This document shows, in pieces, positions 62,447 through 64,000 of a DNA stretch of 64,000 nucleotides (the first letter of the stretch is position 1; every line of letters begins with the position of its first letter). Under the pieces are notes generated by a model. It worked only from the letters and a program-made list of their open reading frames with translations, made no database searches and was not told where the DNA came from. Source of the stretch: an uncultured Candidatus Poseidoniales archaeon (GTDB lineage Archaea > Thermoplasmatota > Poseidoniia > Poseidoniales > Poseidoniaceae); assembly GCA_902563095.1 (NCBI GenBank), contig CACEWA010000006.1, forward strand, positions 6,713-70,712. The letters are read 5' to 3'. The position numbers and the translations under genes were made by a program.

Positions 62447-64000
62447 GCCTCGACTAATTCTGCATCTTGGGTTTTACCGCCAATTACACCCGCTCTCTTG
62501 AATAGCGCATAAATCGCCCATCCAATTAGTGCATTGAGGGCTACAAATCCTCCAAGTCTAGCCATATGCCATTCAAGGCTTGAACCAAACTCTGGAGACC
62601 AAAGAGAATCAATGAATGAAAGAATACTGCTCTCAGTTCCGAAGAATGCTTCTCCTGTTAGCAGACCTGCTGCAACCATGAATGTACCAAGTAGAATCAA
62701 TGCTCGCTTCTTTTCTGCGACCACAGTACCTTCTTCCTCCTTGATTGCATCAATACGAGGTTGCAACTTCTTGTCTTCCCATCGGTCACGTGCTACACCA
62801 CCAATTAGCATTGGAAGTGTGTGAGGAACGTCAAGATACATTCCCAGACCGAAAGAGGTTCCCATTCCAGTAGCCCACTCTACGAATACACCAAGCATGA
62901 ATCCTAGGAAGAGCAAGGTGAGATCACCTTGACCTTCAGCGAAAATCACTGAGAATGTAGCGAATGCGTTTGCTTGTGGAGCGATTAAATCAATTCTTCC
63001 TTCAGCTAATTCATTTGCTAGGAAAATTGCAACACCTGCACCGATTACAGCACCTGGGACAACTCCCATGATGTTACCCTTGGAAATATGATAAGGACGA
63101 TTTCCGATATACAGGCTGTTCTTGTAATCACCAATTACAGTTCCCGACATTGAAATCGCAGAGCCGAATACTGTGGTTCCTACAAGTCCCAATAGTACTG
63201 CTTCCTGAGTGGTTAGACCTAGTGGGTCCGTGAAGTTCAAGAAAACACCGAACAGCATTAACAATACAATGAACGATGTTCCAGAAACAGGTTCAATTCC
63301 AGTCTCTCCCATTACCCTAACCGCAATTGCTCCAAGAAGGAATGTAGTCATCAAAAGAATCAATGAGAATACAATGCTTGCAATTAATGGGAATTCACCA
63401 AGCATGAATATCACAATCATCGCACCAAATGTTAGAAGCATGAAAATTGGAATATGAGATAATGGCCACTCATACCAGCCCTTACCTTCCATGTACTCCT
63501 TTCCGCTGTCACCCTTGAATGCCTTACCAATATCAACAAAGATGTTTGCGAATGTCTTCCACATCTTTAGAAGACCGAAAATACCACCGCCAACAATTGC
63601 TCCAATTGCAATAAATCGGACTGCTTTAGCGAAAGCAAACATCTGAACTGCTCCGGTTGGACTAGGGTAATCTGACGGATTGACTGCATGAAGTGCTGCA
63701 GGAAGGTCTTGTAGAGGTACACTTGCCCCAATCTGTCCTTCGTATACAGGCAAGTTTGTTGCAACCGCTAGTGGAACCAAGAAGAACCATCCAACAATTG
63801 TTCCAAGATTGACTAGGAACGCCACTCTAGTTTTCATAAACCACCCAATTGCGAACATCGAAGGAGTTAGTGCAACTCCAACATATGTGTACATGAACGG
63901 ATTGAATACTGTATCAGGATTATAGTGAGCAGGTCCTCTTGCAACTCCTTCTACTACTTCTCCAGGCTGGTGAATCTTAGCATGAGAATAAAATGATGCT
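62443..64000 (-). CDS. OPT-family oligopeptide transporter, 5'-truncated by the window edge
   Basis: The track ORF starts at 63894, but my translation of 63895..63999 in the same frame has no stop (..ASFYSHAKIHQPGEVVEGVARGPAHYNPDTVFNPF-MYTYVG..). The gene therefore continues beyond the window. It is polytopic and a paralogue of 4200..6293. Confidence 0.8.
   Translation of the reverse strand, partial: ASFYSHAKIHQPGEVVEGVARGPAHYNPDTVFNPFMYTYVGVALTPSMFAIGWFMKTRVAFLVNLGTIVGWFFLVPLAVATNLPVYEGQIGASVPLQDLPAALHAVNPSDYPSPTGAVQMFAFAKAVRFIAIGAIVGGGIFGLLKMWKTFANIFVDIGKAFKGDSGKEYMEGKGWYEWPLSHIPIFMLLTFGAMIVIFMLGEFPLIASIVFSLILLMTTFLLGAIAVRVMGETGIEPVSGTSFIVLLMLFGVFLNFTDPLGLTTQEAVLLGLVGTTVFGSAISMSGTVIGDYKNSLYIGNRPYHISKGNIMGVVPGAVIGAGVAIFLANELAEGRIDLIAPQANAFATFSVIFAEGQGDLTLLFLGFMLGVFVEWATGMGTSFGLGMYLDVPHTLPMLIGGVARDRWEDKKLQPRIDAIKEEEGTVVAEKKRALILLGTFMVAAGLLTGEAFFGTESSILSFIDSLWSPEFGSSLEWHMARLGGFVALNALIGWAIYALFKRAGVIGGKTQDAELVEA

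Noticed and set aside
1-64000. Search by eye for tRNA, rRNA, CRISPR arrays, transposases, integrases, toxin-antitoxin or known defence genes
   Set aside because: No intergenic region apart from 22255..22471 exceeds about 110 nt, and none shows tRNA-like acceptor/anticodon structure or repeat-spacer periodicity. No ORF shows DDE/tyrosine-recombinase, nuclease or defence-system motifs. Absence should be confirmed with tRNAscan-SE, Infernal/Rfam and a CRISPR finder.

Overview
This is a densely coding archaeal chromosomal segment with about 58 protein-coding genes on both strands. By eye I found no rRNA, tRNA, CRISPR array, transposase or integrase. Archaeal identity rests on hallmark genes. These include the proteasome-alpha/SBDS/Rrp4/Rrp41/Rrp42/L37Ae/Pcc1-like/prefoldin-beta superoperon, the S12-S7-aEF-2 cluster, SRP54, RFC large subunit, archaeal-type ProRS and GlyRS, and TiaS, TrmY, Dph6 and isopentenyl phosphate kinase. 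The accessory content fits a marine heterotrophic euryarchaeote of the Thermoplasmatota / Marine Group II type, but that taxonomic guess is inference only. That content comprises two OPT peptide transporters, a giant acidic lectin/adhesin-like surface protein, split transketolase plus transaldolase, a bacterial-type thiolase and futalosine-type menaquinone genes. Most of the window is housekeeping, and I see no defence island or mobile element. Candidates worth a second look: (1) A MamK-like actin homologue flanked by two zinc-ribbon proteins (56.0-58.7 kb). (2) A 1761-1774 aa Lhr helicase whose roughly 860-aa C-terminal extension appears to hold two tandem YcaQ/AlkZ-like modules (22.5-27.8 kb). 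(3) An 1153-aa mosaic surface protein (C-type lectin, LamG, PPC-like repeats, EF-hands, TSP3-like Ca repeats, TM anchor) overlapping tail-to-tail with an archaeosortase-like membrane protein (27.8-32.2 kb). (4) A type-1 IDI fused to GGPP synthase, next to IPK (51.1-53.7 kb). (5) All ten convergent gene junctions have gaps of 8 nt or less or overlap, four of them with exactly 0 nt. All functional calls come from motif recognition by eye on the supplied translations; no searches were run.
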